From the NCBI GenBank assembly GCA_965222375.1, contig CBDCTZ010000016.1, forward strand, positions 1,376,001 through 1,440,000: a stretch of 64,000 nucleotides of DNA, read 5' to 3'. This document shows positions 49,488 to 58,437 of this stretch, piece after piece; within the stretch, counting starts at the first letter, position 1, and each line of letters begins with the position of its first letter. The notes beneath the pieces were generated by a model that saw only the letters and a program-made list of their open reading frames with translations, ran no database searches and had not been told where the DNA came from. Both the position numbers and the translations under genes were made by a program. The stretch comes from Polyangiaceae bacterium. Its GTDB lineage: Bacteria > Myxococcota_A > Polyangia > Polyangiales > Polyangiaceae.

Positions 49488-50261
49488 ATGGACCAAGGCT
49501 ACCTGACCCTTTTCCGCTGGCGTGGTGTTCCTCTGAGGCTGCACTGGACGCTGCCCTTGGGCATGCTGGTGTTCGGCGGGCTCCGGATCGCCCCAGCCTT
49601 CTGGCTCGGCTTCTTTCTGCTGGTGCTCTTCCATGAGGTCGGCCATGCCTTGATCGTCAAGATCTATGGCCACCGAGTGCTGTCGGTGGATGTCACGGGC
49701 TTCGGCGGGCTCTGCCGCTGGTCCGGTTCGGCCACGGTCATGGAGCGTGGCTTGATCGCCTGGGGCGGCGTTGTCGCTCAAGCGCTGCTTCTCGCTGTCA
49801 CCTTTGGCGTCATCCTTGTGATGGGCGCACCGCGAGCACTATGGGCGCGCGAACTGATCAGCGTGTTCACCTGGACCAACATTTGGATCATCGGCCTGAA
49901 CCTGTTGCCGATCCCGCCCCTCGATGGCGCTGAAGCTTGGGGCTTCGTCCGCAACTTGATCCGAGGCGGCGGTTTTCCGCGGCCCGCGCGGCGCATCAAA
50001 GTCAGATATCGCGAAGATGCTCCGGAGGCTCCGCACGTCGACGCCGTTGCTTGGCGCCCTGGGGAGCGCGACCCGAGGTTTCGTCGCCCGATGCAGCAGG
50101 TCTGGACCGGCTCGCGAGACAGTGAACGTCCGCCACCGGCCGCGCCCAAGGGGCCGGCTCCGAAGAGGAAGAGCAACGGAGCCACTGGCGGCACTTCGAA
50201 CGAGGACTTGGCTCGCATGCTCAAAGACATCGGTGACGAAGCCGGTCGCGCGCGGCGCTGA
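49488..50261 (+). CDS. Site-2 protease (M50 family)
   Basis: HEVGH and NLLPIPPLDG. Confidence 0.88.
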   Translation: MDQGYLTLFRWRGVPLRLHWTLPLGMLVFGGLRIAPAFWLGFFLLVLFHEVGHALIVKIYGHRVLSVDVTGFGGLCRWSGSATVMERGLIAWGGVVAQALLLAVTFGVILVMGAPRALWARELISVFTWTNIWIIGLNLLPIPPLDGAEAWGFVRNLIRGGGFPRPARRIKVRYREDAPEAPHVDAVAWRPGERDPRFRRPMQQVWTGSRDSERPPPAAPKGPAPKRKSNGATGGTSNEDLARMLKDIGDEAGRARR

Positions 50262-50375
50262 GCTCGCTCGCGTCCCCAAGCAGCCGTTGGCACCCATCGC
50301 GTCGATTCTCCCTGCCCCGGGCGCCAGCACGGACCAAGAGTAGACAAAACCTGCCCGCGGTCTACGCTTCGAGGC

Positions 50376-51440
50376 GTGTCCTTTACTTGTCGTGCTCGTG
50401 TTGCGCTCGCCGTGAGCTTCCTCGCAGGGTGCCAGGGAGATCCCGTAGGTACCGTCGCCACGGACGCCGGCGCAACGGATGCGGCCACAGAAGCCGCGTT
50501 CGATGCGGGGCCGTACAAGTGGGACCTGGTCTACGAAGATCCAACCGCCGGGCCCGATGACGCATTGCACGCGATTTGGGGCTCCGGCGCCTACATCGTC
50601 GCCGTAGGGACGAACGCGTTGACCGTCGAGTTCGACGGCAAGACCTGGGACGCACGAGCGAAGACGAGCGGAGCGCACCTATATGGCGTTTGGGGTTCGT
50701 CGCCAGACGACGTGGCAGCCGTGGGGCTCTACTCCTTTGGCGGCAAGCCCGCGGTTTTTTTCAAGAATGCAGGAGGGTGGATCGTTGGTGGGCCCTTCCC
50801 GCCAGACATGCCCATTCTGACCGGTGTCTGGGGCATTGGGACCCAGAAGTACTTCACGGCCTTGGACGGTCGCATCTATCAGGATGACCCGGTGAAGTTC
50901 CCCTCCAAGCCCTACAACCTGGCGGCGATCACCGGTGGTTGCCCGGTGGGCAATCCGACCAGCCCGCAACTCAACGGCATCGATGGTACCGGCCTCGACA
51001 ACATCTTCGTGGTGGGGGATGAGCGACTTCAGGCTCATCGTGACGGCAATGACTGGTCGATCTTCTGCGCGCTCATTCCGGACGTGCATTTCAGCTCTGT
51101 CACGGCGATCCCTGGCTCCACAGACTTCTACGTCGGGGCAAACTTCTACGGACTATATCGCTGGCTCGGTCGCAGCGAGCCGATGATCCAGATTTTCGAA
51201 GACCGCGGCTTTGCGGGTGCGGACAAAGCGTATCTGCATGGCATGTGGTCGGCGAATCCTGCGCTGGTGGTCGGCGTGGGCAGTGGCGGCAAGGTGTTGC
51301 TCTACGACGGCGGTCAGGAGGGGGCGCGCACTATTCCGTCACCGACTACAGATGACCTCTACGACGTCTGGGGCCTCAACGAGCGCACCTTGTACATCGT
51401 CGGCAAGGGCAGCCGGATCTGGCGCCTCACGCTGCCTTGA
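50376..51440 (+). CDS. Beta-propeller lipoprotein
   Basis: FLAGC lipobox; repeated L-x-x-V/I-W-G units. Confidence 0.75.
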   Translation: MSFTCRARVALAVSFLAGCQGDPVGTVATDAGATDAATEAAFDAGPYKWDLVYEDPTAGPDDALHAIWGSGAYIVAVGTNALTVEFDGKTWDARAKTSGAHLYGVWGSSPDDVAAVGLYSFGGKPAVFFKNAGGWIVGGPFPPDMPILTGVWGIGTQKYFTALDGRIYQDDPVKFPSKPYNLAAITGGCPVGNPTSPQLNGIDGTGLDNIFVVGDERLQAHRDGNDWSIFCALIPDVHFSSVTAIPGSTDFYVGANFYGLYRWLGRSEPMIQIFEDRGFAGADKAYLHGMWSANPALVVGVGSGGKVLLYDGGQEGARTIPSPTTDDLYDVWGLNERTLYIVGKGSRIWRLTLP

Positions 51441-51509
51441 GCCAGCTCGGATCCCGCGCAGGAACACTGCCGCCCGGTCGAGCCCGCGCTCCAAACCGTA
51501 CGGCAGCTC

Positions 51510-51621
51510 TGGTTTTTGGGGGATGTGCTGGATCAGCGCGTCATCGAGAGTTCTTCGCGGTGCCCGGTGATCACCGGCCTAAGCGTTCCAGAATCGCCTC
51601 GAGTTCGCCGGCGAAGTCTGC
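51510..51621. repeat. ~112-bp direct repeat, copy 1
   Basis: Aligns with 54816-54928. Confidence 0.85.
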
Positions 51622-52152
51622 ATCCTCTAGAGCCGTGGTGAACTCGCCGACCACCCTGCGCACGCGGTCGAGATCCATCTCGTCGCAGAGTTCCACGAGC
51701 CCCTCGATGTCGGCTACGTCTCGTGGTCGCAAAGCGAGCGCTTTCATGATCACGAGATCCTCGCCGCGAGCGACGGGCAACACGTGCTGCAAGACCTGAA
51801 TTCGGGTTGCTGTAGCGACGAGCTCACTCTCGAAGGGTAGTGCCCCCAAGCTGATGTCTACGTCCACGCTGCTGCTGTCATGGCGAAGCAACAACACCCG
51901 CGTCGTCTTCGCGAACTCGATGGCATCTGGTCGCCGCAGGGAAAACCCTGAGGCCAGCGCTGCCCGCGCCAGCCCGTCCAGTCGGTCCAGCTCGCCCATG
52001 GCAACGAAATCGACGTCCTGCGTCATTCGTGGACGCGCTCGAACGGCAACTGCAAAACCACCGACGATAGCCGCGGGTAATTCTTCGTCGTCGAGTAGCT
52101 TCGACGCCGCGGCGGCGGCCTGCACGAGGGGAGCAGCCTCAGCGTTGGCCAT
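51571..52152 (-). CDS. Nucleotidyltransferase (DUF6036/AbiEii-like)
   Basis: IVGGFAV..RPRMTQDVD..EDLVIMKA..RPRDVADI. Confidence 0.8.
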   Translation of the reverse strand: MANAEAAPLVQAAAAASKLLDDEELPAAIVGGFAVAVRARPRMTQDVDFVAMGELDRLDGLARAALASGFSLRRPDAIEFAKTTRVLLLRHDSSSVDVDISLGALPFESELVATATRIQVLQHVLPVARGEDLVIMKALALRPRDVADIEGLVELCDEMDLDRVRRVVGEFTTALEDADFAGELEAILERLGR

Positions 52153-52369
52153 CGGCTGAGCTGAGGGCTTGGCGCAATCTGTTCCAGCGTGCCCAAATCG
52201 CGGAGTCGCTCTCGCCCTGGCCATCCCCCGCTGCCATCGCCGTGGCACTGGACATCAGACGGGCCAACTCGCCTAACTTCTCTTCCACACTTCGGGAGCG
52301 CACTTCCTCGCGCTCGTACTTGGCGACAGCCCGTCGGCGCGACAAGTACTCCGTGACGTCCTGGGACAT
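52139..52369 (-). CDS. Small protein overlapping the NTase start (antitoxin-like)
   Basis: 76 aa, 14-nt overlap; TGaTACAAT -10 box 7 nt upstream. Confidence 0.6.
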   Translation of the reverse strand: MSQDVTEYLSRRRAVAKYEREEVRSRSVEEKLGELARLMSSATAMAAGDGQGESDSAIWARWNRLRQALSSADGQR

Positions 52370-52465
52370 GCCCAAGATTGTATCACTTGGTGGTCGACGT
52401 TGGAGATCTCGTGGAACCCTGTCTGGTCGCGGCCCGCGCGGCCGGAGGTCGCGCACCGCCTTGCC

Positions 52466-52935
52466 TCACAACTCCGCGCCCGCGCGATACTTGAGCCAAG
52501 AGGTATAAGCCAGGACTCCGACGCCAAGCAGCGGATCCGGGGGCATCCACGTGGCCGTGGGCAATGCGCGTACTTGGCGCAACAGCTCCGAGTCCTCGTC
52601 GGAAATGTGATCCGCGAGCAGCGTACCCAAGGCGGTGCCCATCGCGAGGCCAACCCCGTTATAGCCCGCCGCTGCGTGCACCCGCTCGCCCACGGTTCCA
52701 AAACAATGGGTGTCGTGGAGTGTCATTCCTAGCTTGCCACCCCAGGTGTGCTCGAGTTCGACGTCGCTGAGCATGGGGAAACGGGCCTCGAAGCTTCGTT
52801 GGTGGGTGCGACATGCCCGCGCCAGCAATTCTGCGCTGCTAGCGTTGGCTTTGGCGTCAGCCGTGTAGCTGACGGTTGCACGGAGCAACAGCCGTTGATC
52901 CTGCGTGCGTCGGAGAGTTGACCCCATCCGCTCCT
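52466..52935 (-). pseudogene. C-terminal fragment of an FAD-dependent oxidoreductase (DadA/PuuB-like)
   Basis: HTWGGKLG, GYNGVGLAMGT; no N-terminal GxGxxG. Confidence 0.7.
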
Positions 52936-53259
52936 CAGCACGTAGGCACGTTTGGTGGAGTCCAAGTAGTAGGATCCGGCGGCGAGCAGGTGCAGAATGA
53001 ACGCCACCTGAGGTGCGCCTCCGGAGATCAACGTGCCTGCGCTTCCTAGGCCGAAGTGCAGCGCTATCGTCGCGTACAGGCTCTCATTGAACCGAAAGCC
53101 CTCGAGATGTGTCTCGATGCCGAGCGTCGAGAGTTCTTGCGCAATGATCTCGGCTGCGCGCCGTTCGTCCTCGCTCGTCGAAGAGCGACGTGGGCAGCGC
53201 TCGACAATCCGTTCGAGAAGTTCCCGAATGTAGCTGGACTCCTCCTCAATGGATTTCAT
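52930..53259 (-). pseudogene. N-terminal fragment of an M28-type peptidase-like protein
   Basis: CPRRSSTSEDERRAAEII..EGFRF plus TM segments; coding signal breaks near 52930. Confidence 0.5.
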
Positions 53260-53663
53260 GCCCCGCCATCCTAGCGTGCTTGTTGGTCGCGACGCGCTGG
53301 TGCGGCGTGCGGGGTCAACGCGATGGCGTATCGGGTCAATGCCGCGACTTTTGGCCCCGCATTAGCGTCTAATACGCTCTCGACGCCAGGTGGTTGCGGC
53401 TAGGGTTGGACCAGACAGATGCAAGGCATTGCGCTGGGGGCTGAAGGCACTGCTGTTCGTCGGCGTCCTGAGCGTGACGACTAGCTGCGCTGAAGACGAG
53501 GGCGTTGGGGCCGATTCGACCAAGCCCGACGTGACGACACAGCTTGATGGGACAGCAAGAAAAGGCCGGTGTGCTCTCTTTCTGGGTAGCATAAGGCTGC
53601 GTCATTTCGTCGTCTCTAAGGGCGGCTGGCTGAGGCCTGCTGGGTGTGCAATCTTGGTCCGAG

Positions 53664-54734
53664 ATGGTCCTTTCCCGAAGGTGTCAATTGCTGCTCGCGG
53701 CAATGGCCGCAGGGTTTTCCGTGCGTTGCGGCGGGCTCGTCACCGGGGACTCAAATCCCGCGGCTGGCTCTGGAGGGCTTGGTACCAGCGGAGGCATGGG
53801 CGGCATGGTTTCCGGGACGGGCGGCGCACTGGATGCGTCCGTCGGCTCTGGGGGCATCGCCGGCACTGCCGACGCTGGCAAGGTCGAGGCGGGCACGTCG
53901 AAGGTTCAACAGATAATCCGCGCCTGCGCGAAAGCCGCCAGTTGCGGCGCGCAGATCCCCCCCGGGGTGGACGGACCCTTTACCGTCAGCCTGTGCATCA
54001 ACCGCTTCGGATACCCTGGTGGCCTATCGACTCCGGTCAGTGGGGTCGTCGACCCGGACGTCGCCAAACGGTTGATCGACTGCGCGTCGTCGGCGACATG
54101 TGCCGACTACTTCTCTTGCTTTGGAGGCGATTGGTTGGGGCTCTCGCGATGTAGGGAGGGGGCCAACTGCAAGGACAACAAGCTCACTCAATATGATGTA
54201 GGCAGTCCCCAGTTCGACTGCAGCGTCCTCGGTGCAACGTGCTTCGAGCTCTACTCGGGCGCGATTCGCTCATGCTGCAACGCGAAGCTCTGTACCGACT
54301 CCTTGAATACGGTGACCTGCAACTCCACCTCGGGGACTTACTGCCATGGCTGGGGTGCCTATTTCGAATTCGAGTGCGGCCCCAATACCGTCTGCAACAC
54401 TGACCCATCCGCGCTGTGCATCGGGACCGGCGCGCCATGCAGCCTGCAAGACCCAGTAACCTGCTCCGGCGATGTTGCCAGCTATTGCGCTGGTGGCAAG
54501 ATCGCCACCCTTGATTGCGGTGACAACCCCTTCCGCAGCGCGTGCGGATCGAAAAGCTACGAGCCCTGCGTGCCGCGTGGGAGTCAATGTCACCCGCAGG
54601 GATTCGAAGGAAACTGCCAGGGAAGCGAGCTCTCCTTCTGTTTCGACGGCGAGATCAAGACCATCGACTGCACGAGCCTCGGCTTCAAGTCTTGCGGGGC
54701 GGGTGTCGTCGGCGGCGCTCGTTGCGTCGAGTGA
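53664..54734 (+). CDS. Cys-rich secreted protein
   Basis: Signal-like N-terminus, Gly linker, many Cys modules. Confidence 0.7.
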   Translation: MVLSRRCQLLLAAMAAGFSVRCGGLVTGDSNPAAGSGGLGTSGGMGGMVSGTGGALDASVGSGGIAGTADAGKVEAGTSKVQQIIRACAKAASCGAQIPPGVDGPFTVSLCINRFGYPGGLSTPVSGVVDPDVAKRLIDCASSATCADYFSCFGGDWLGLSRCREGANCKDNKLTQYDVGSPQFDCSVLGATCFELYSGAIRSCCNAKLCTDSLNTVTCNSTSGTYCHGWGAYFEFECGPNTVCNTDPSALCIGTGAPCSLQDPVTCSGDVASYCAGGKIATLDCGDNPFRSACGSKSYEPCVPRGSQCHPQGFEGNCQGSELSFCFDGEIKTIDCTSLGFKSCGAGVVGGARCVE

Positions 54735-54815
54735 GGGTAGCCGGACCAAGTTCTCCCAACCCACTGAGTTGAGGGGTCGCCGGAGCGCGCGCTGGTGCAA
54801 TTGATCGGTAGGCAT

Positions 54816-54928
54816 TGGTTTTTGGGGGGGTGTGCCGGATCAGCGCGTCATCGACAGTTCTTCGCTGCGCCCGCTGATCACCGGCCCAAGCATTTCAGAG
54901 TGCCCTCGAGTTGCCCGGCGAGGTCGGC
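54816..54928. repeat. ~112-bp direct repeat, copy 2 (NTase 3' remnant)
   Basis: Minus strand encodes ADLAGQLEGTLKCLGR* versus ADFAGELEAILERLGR*. Confidence 0.85.
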
Positions 54929-55000
54929 TAGCCAGGCTTCTCGGCACTTTCTGGGTCACGCAGGCGCTGCCCATTCGTCGTCCCTACCAAAGGAGACGGC

Positions 55001-55360
55001 ATGTACGAGTTTCTGAGAATGGGCGGTGTCCCGATGATCTTTGTTCTGCTCTTTGGTGGTCTCACCATGGCGGCGGCCATCGCGTTTGCGCGTCGGCCGA
55101 TGGAGCGCATGGTCGGCATGATCCGTGGGATGTCCATCGCCACGGTGTTCGTGGTGCTCAGTGCGGTCACATCGGGGTTGGTGAAGGTCGCTACCGGGAT
55201 CCCCCATACGCCCGAGTGGGCCAACCATCCGCAGCTTCACCTGATCGTCATGGCAGGCATTGGCGAGTCGCTCACGGCGGCGATCGTGGGTTTCAGTTTT
55301 CTCGCCATGGCCTGGCTAGTGACCGCCCTCGGTGTGCGCCGCATGGGTCAAGTCGCGTAG
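55001..55360 (+). CDS. Small 3-TM protein (ExbB/MotA-like segment)
   Basis: AGGAG RBS; FLRMGGVPM.., AGIGESL. Confidence 0.7.
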   Translation: MYEFLRMGGVPMIFVLLFGGLTMAAAIAFARRPMERMVGMIRGMSIATVFVVLSAVTSGLVKVATGIPHTPEWANHPQLHLIVMAGIGESLTAAIVGFSFLAMAWLVTALGVRRMGQVA

Positions 55361-55367
55361 GTGCGCG

Positions 55368-55949
55368 TTGGCTGGAGAGCTTGCCAGCTCGGTACTCGGC
55401 AGACTGCGGCATGGGGACGCTGCAGCCTTCGACGCTGTCCATGACCGCTACCGGTCGCGCATCTTTGGCTTTCTCGTCCGGCTCACCAAGAACCGAACGC
55501 TGTCCGAGGACTTGGTGCAAGAGGCGTTCTTGCGACTTGCCCGCTCCGCACCCGACTTGGCTTCGGACACGAATCTGCGCGCCTGGCTGTTCTGTGTTGC
55601 GCGGAATCTGGCGGTCGACCACCAGCGCTGGGCGCTGCTGGATTTCGATCGCCTGTTCGAGTTGTCGCTGTGGCCGCGACTCGTGTCGGATGCGGCGGCT
55701 TCGCCTCTGGATCTGGCGCAAGCGAGCGAAACACAGCTCAGATTGGAGGACGCGCTGTCAGAACTGAGTGCTGAACACCGCGAAGTCGTGTTGTTGGTAT
55801 GCGTCGAAGGCATGGAGCCATCGGAAGCGGCCGGGGTGCTCGGGCTCGCGCCTGCCACTCTGCGCAAACGTCTCTCCCGCGCTCGCGAGCGTCTCAGTGA
55901 AGCACTGACGGAAACCGCGGGTGTGTTGTCTCAAGGAGCCCTGCCGTGA
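55368..55949 (+). CDS. ECF sigma factor
   Basis: EDLVQEAFL, WLFCVARN, REVVLL..EAAGVLG..RLSRAR. Confidence 0.9.
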   Translation: MAGELASSVLGRLRHGDAAAFDAVHDRYRSRIFGFLVRLTKNRTLSEDLVQEAFLRLARSAPDLASDTNLRAWLFCVARNLAVDHQRWALLDFDRLFELSLWPRLVSDAAASPLDLAQASETQLRLEDALSELSAEHREVVLLVCVEGMEPSEAAGVLGLAPATLRKRLSRARERLSEALTETAGVLSQGALP

Positions 55950-56170
55950 ACGACGACGACCTCTCCACGCTGCTTGGGCAGCTGCCGACCCAGGATGTGG
56001 ATCGCTTCCGCGCCGAGCGCATCCGCGCGCTGGCTCATCGAGACCTGCGCAGCGCCTTGAGCGATCACCGGCGCAAACTTCAAGCCTTCGAGCCCCTTTT
56101 GGTAGCTGCGGCATGTGTGCTCTACCTCAGTTGGGCGTTGATGCGTGCGGCGGCCGGTTTGGGGGGCTGA
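55946..56170 (+). CDS. Short membrane protein, putative anti-sigma factor
   Basis: GTGA overlap with the ECF gene; C-terminal TM. Confidence 0.6.
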   Translation: MNDDDLSTLLGQLPTQDVDRFRAERIRALAHRDLRSALSDHRRKLQAFEPLLVAAACVLYLSWALMRAAAGLGG

Positions 56171-56201
56171 TCTCGTAAACAAACGCGCTATGCTCCTGGC
56201 G

Positions 56202-57224
56202 ATGAAGCGCGCATTGTTCTCGGTCTTGGGTCTGCTGTTTGCTGTCGGCTGTGGCAGCGACGATTCGTCCGGTGGCGGTGGCGGTAGTGGTGGCGCTGCA
56301 GGAGCCGGTGGTAGCAGCGCAAGCGCTGGAAGCGGCGCCTCGGCGGGTAGCGCCGGGACCGCCGGGAGTGCGGGCGGAGGTGGCTCATCGGGTACGACTG
56401 GGTGCGGGACGGCGCCGCCGGCGAATGGTAAACGGGACATCAGCCACGGGGGCGTGGCGCGCAGTTACCAATTGTATGTGCCTGCGGGATACGACAACGC
56501 CAAGCCCACGGCGCTGGTGATGAATTTCCACGGCCGCACTGCGGCCAACCTCGGGGAAGCCGCGCCGTTACAGGAGGTGGTCAGTGGCATGTACGCCAAG
56601 GCCGACGCGGCAGGGTTCGTCGTGGTCAACCCCCAGGGGTTGACCGAGCCCGATGGGGCTCAAACCTGGAATGCGGGCTTTTGCTGTGCTGCGGACAAGA
56701 GTCGGGATGATCTCGGCTTTGTCGACGCTGTTATCGACGAGCTTTCTGCGCAGCTGTGTATCGATCCCAAGCGCATCTACGCGACGGGACTTTCGAATGG
56801 TGGCTTCATGTCTCATCGCATCGCCTGTGAGCGCGCGGACCGCTTTGCGGCCGTGGCCCCGGTTGCTGCCTTCAACGGAATGGCCACTTGCACGCCATCC
56901 CGGCCCATTGCGCTGATGAACTTCAGCGGCACCGCCGATAGCCTCGTGAACTACGGTATGAGCAAGACTTCCGTGGAGGAGTGGGCGACGAGAAACGGCT
57001 GCGGCGCGACGCCCACGGAGACCTTCAAGAACGGAGACAGCCACTGCGACACCTACGCAGGTTGCAACGGCGGCGTCGAAGTCATCCTGTGCACGATAGA
57101 CGACGGCGGGCACACCTGGCCCGGCGGCGCGGATCTGTCCTCTTTTGGCTTTGGCAAAACAACGCAAGATCTCAAAGCCAACGACGCCATGTGGGACTTC
57201 TTCCAGAAGCACACACTGCCCTGA
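56202..57224 (+). CDS. LpqC/PHB-depolymerase-like esterase lipoprotein
   Basis: AVGC lipobox, WNAGFCC, GLSNGG, GHTWPG. Confidence 0.88.
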   Translation: MKRALFSVLGLLFAVGCGSDDSSGGGGGSGGAAGAGGSSASAGSGASAGSAGTAGSAGGGGSSGTTGCGTAPPANGKRDISHGGVARSYQLYVPAGYDNAKPTALVMNFHGRTAANLGEAAPLQEVVSGMYAKADAAGFVVVNPQGLTEPDGAQTWNAGFCCAADKSRDDLGFVDAVIDELSAQLCIDPKRIYATGLSNGGFMSHRIACERADRFAAVAPVAAFNGMATCTPSRPIALMNFSGTADSLVNYGMSKTSVEEWATRNGCGATPTETFKNGDSHCDTYAGCNGGVEVILCTIDDGGHTWPGGADLSSFGFGKTTQDLKANDAMWDFFQKHTLP

Positions 57225-57432
57225 GGTGATCATTGATTTCGAGGCCAACGTTGCGCTAGGCGTCGGTTGGGCCAAATACTCGGTCTAGCTTCCATGTGCA
57301 GACGGCATGCCAGCGAGTGTTCGCACGCTTTTCGATGCAAATCCCGATGCGGACGCGCTGGCCGCAAACTCAGCTGCCAAGCGCTGGTTGGCAGCGTGGG
57401 AGCTTATGCTGCCCTCTGTGAACTTCCGCTGG

Positions 57433-58356
57433 TCAGTTCTTCGTGACCGCGTCTGCGCAACAGCGTATGCCGACGGTGATCAACGCGGCCTTTCGGTCCG
57501 CAGAGGCATCCACGTCGCAGCGCAGGTTAGCTTGGTTGCTGCTGAACCCGCCACCGCGGATCCGGCACTTGTCGGTCACGCCGACGCTGTCGGAGCACGA
57601 GTCCTCCCATTCGAATACGTTGCCGCTCATGTCGAGGAGGCCGTCGACGCCGCCGTTGCAGCTGAGTTGGCCGCCGACCTGAACCGGCGATCCCGCGGCG
57701 AAGTCCTGGCCGTTGCAGCTCTTGCTCTGGTAGGTGTTGCCGTAGGGGTAGATGGTGCTCCCGCCATCGCTGCAGGCATTGAACCACTCGCTGAGTTGTG
57801 GCTCGGCGGGTGAGTCGAAAGGAGCGCTCCCGCCGCCGAGCTTGCCGCATAGGCGCTTGTTCACCGACGCGCAGTAGGCCCAGGCATCGCACCAGTCCAC
57901 GAAGGCGACAGGGCGGTTTCCATCTCCCGGTGGCGGTGGCCACGCCCCTGCCGGCGTGAAGGTCGCATTCCAGGTGCACGCCTGTGCTTGTTTTGTGGCG
58001 TCCGCGCCGCTCAAGAAGCCCTCGTATTCCGTGTTGGTGACCTCGGTGCGGTCGACGCAGTATTGAACGCCGAACCCAGCGGCGACGAGGACCATAGTCG
58101 AATCTGCGCAGGTCACGCTGGGGCCACCATCCGACCCCGAGCCTCCGCCACTACCGCTCGTCCCTGCGCTACCGCCCACTGCCCCTGAGCCGCCGCTGCC
58201 ACCACTGCCCCCGCTGCCGGAGGTGCCGCCCGCACCTGCGCTGCCCTGAGGCAGCAACTTGTCCCAATCATGGGAGCAGGCTGCCGACGAGAGCACCAGG
58301 CTGAGCATGATCATGCGGCTGGCAGGGGCGATCATGGTCGCCGGGAGCGTAGCCAA
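57433..58356 (-). CDS. FGE-sulfatase (SUMF1) domain lipoprotein
   Basis: DRTEVTN, VDWCDA, DMSGNVFEW, GIRCC; start uncertain. Confidence 0.85.
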   Translation of the reverse strand: MATLPATMIAPASRMIMLSLVLSSAACSHDWDKLLPQGSAGAGGTSGSGGSGGSGGSGAVGGSAGTSGSGGGSGSDGGPSVTCADSTMVLVAAGFGVQYCVDRTEVTNTEYEGFLSGADATKQAQACTWNATFTPAGAWPPPPGDGNRPVAFVDWCDAWAYCASVNKRLCGKLGGGSAPFDSPAEPQLSEWFNACSDGGSTIYPYGNTYQSKSCNGQDFAAGSPVQVGGQLSCNGGVDGLLDMSGNVFEWEDSCSDSVGVTDKCRIRGGGFSSNQANLRCDVDASADRKAALITVGIRCCADAVTKN

Positions 58357-58437
58357 TAAACGCCCTGTTTTCCACTCGCTGAGGACCCGCCAGCTGGCCC
58401 CACCCTTCAGGCGCGTGTAGGCTCCAAGCCGGTACCA

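Noticed and set aside
53390..53660. Possible small lipoprotein (TTSCAED)
   Set aside because: No clean stop or start; it runs into the next gene out of frame, so support is insufficient
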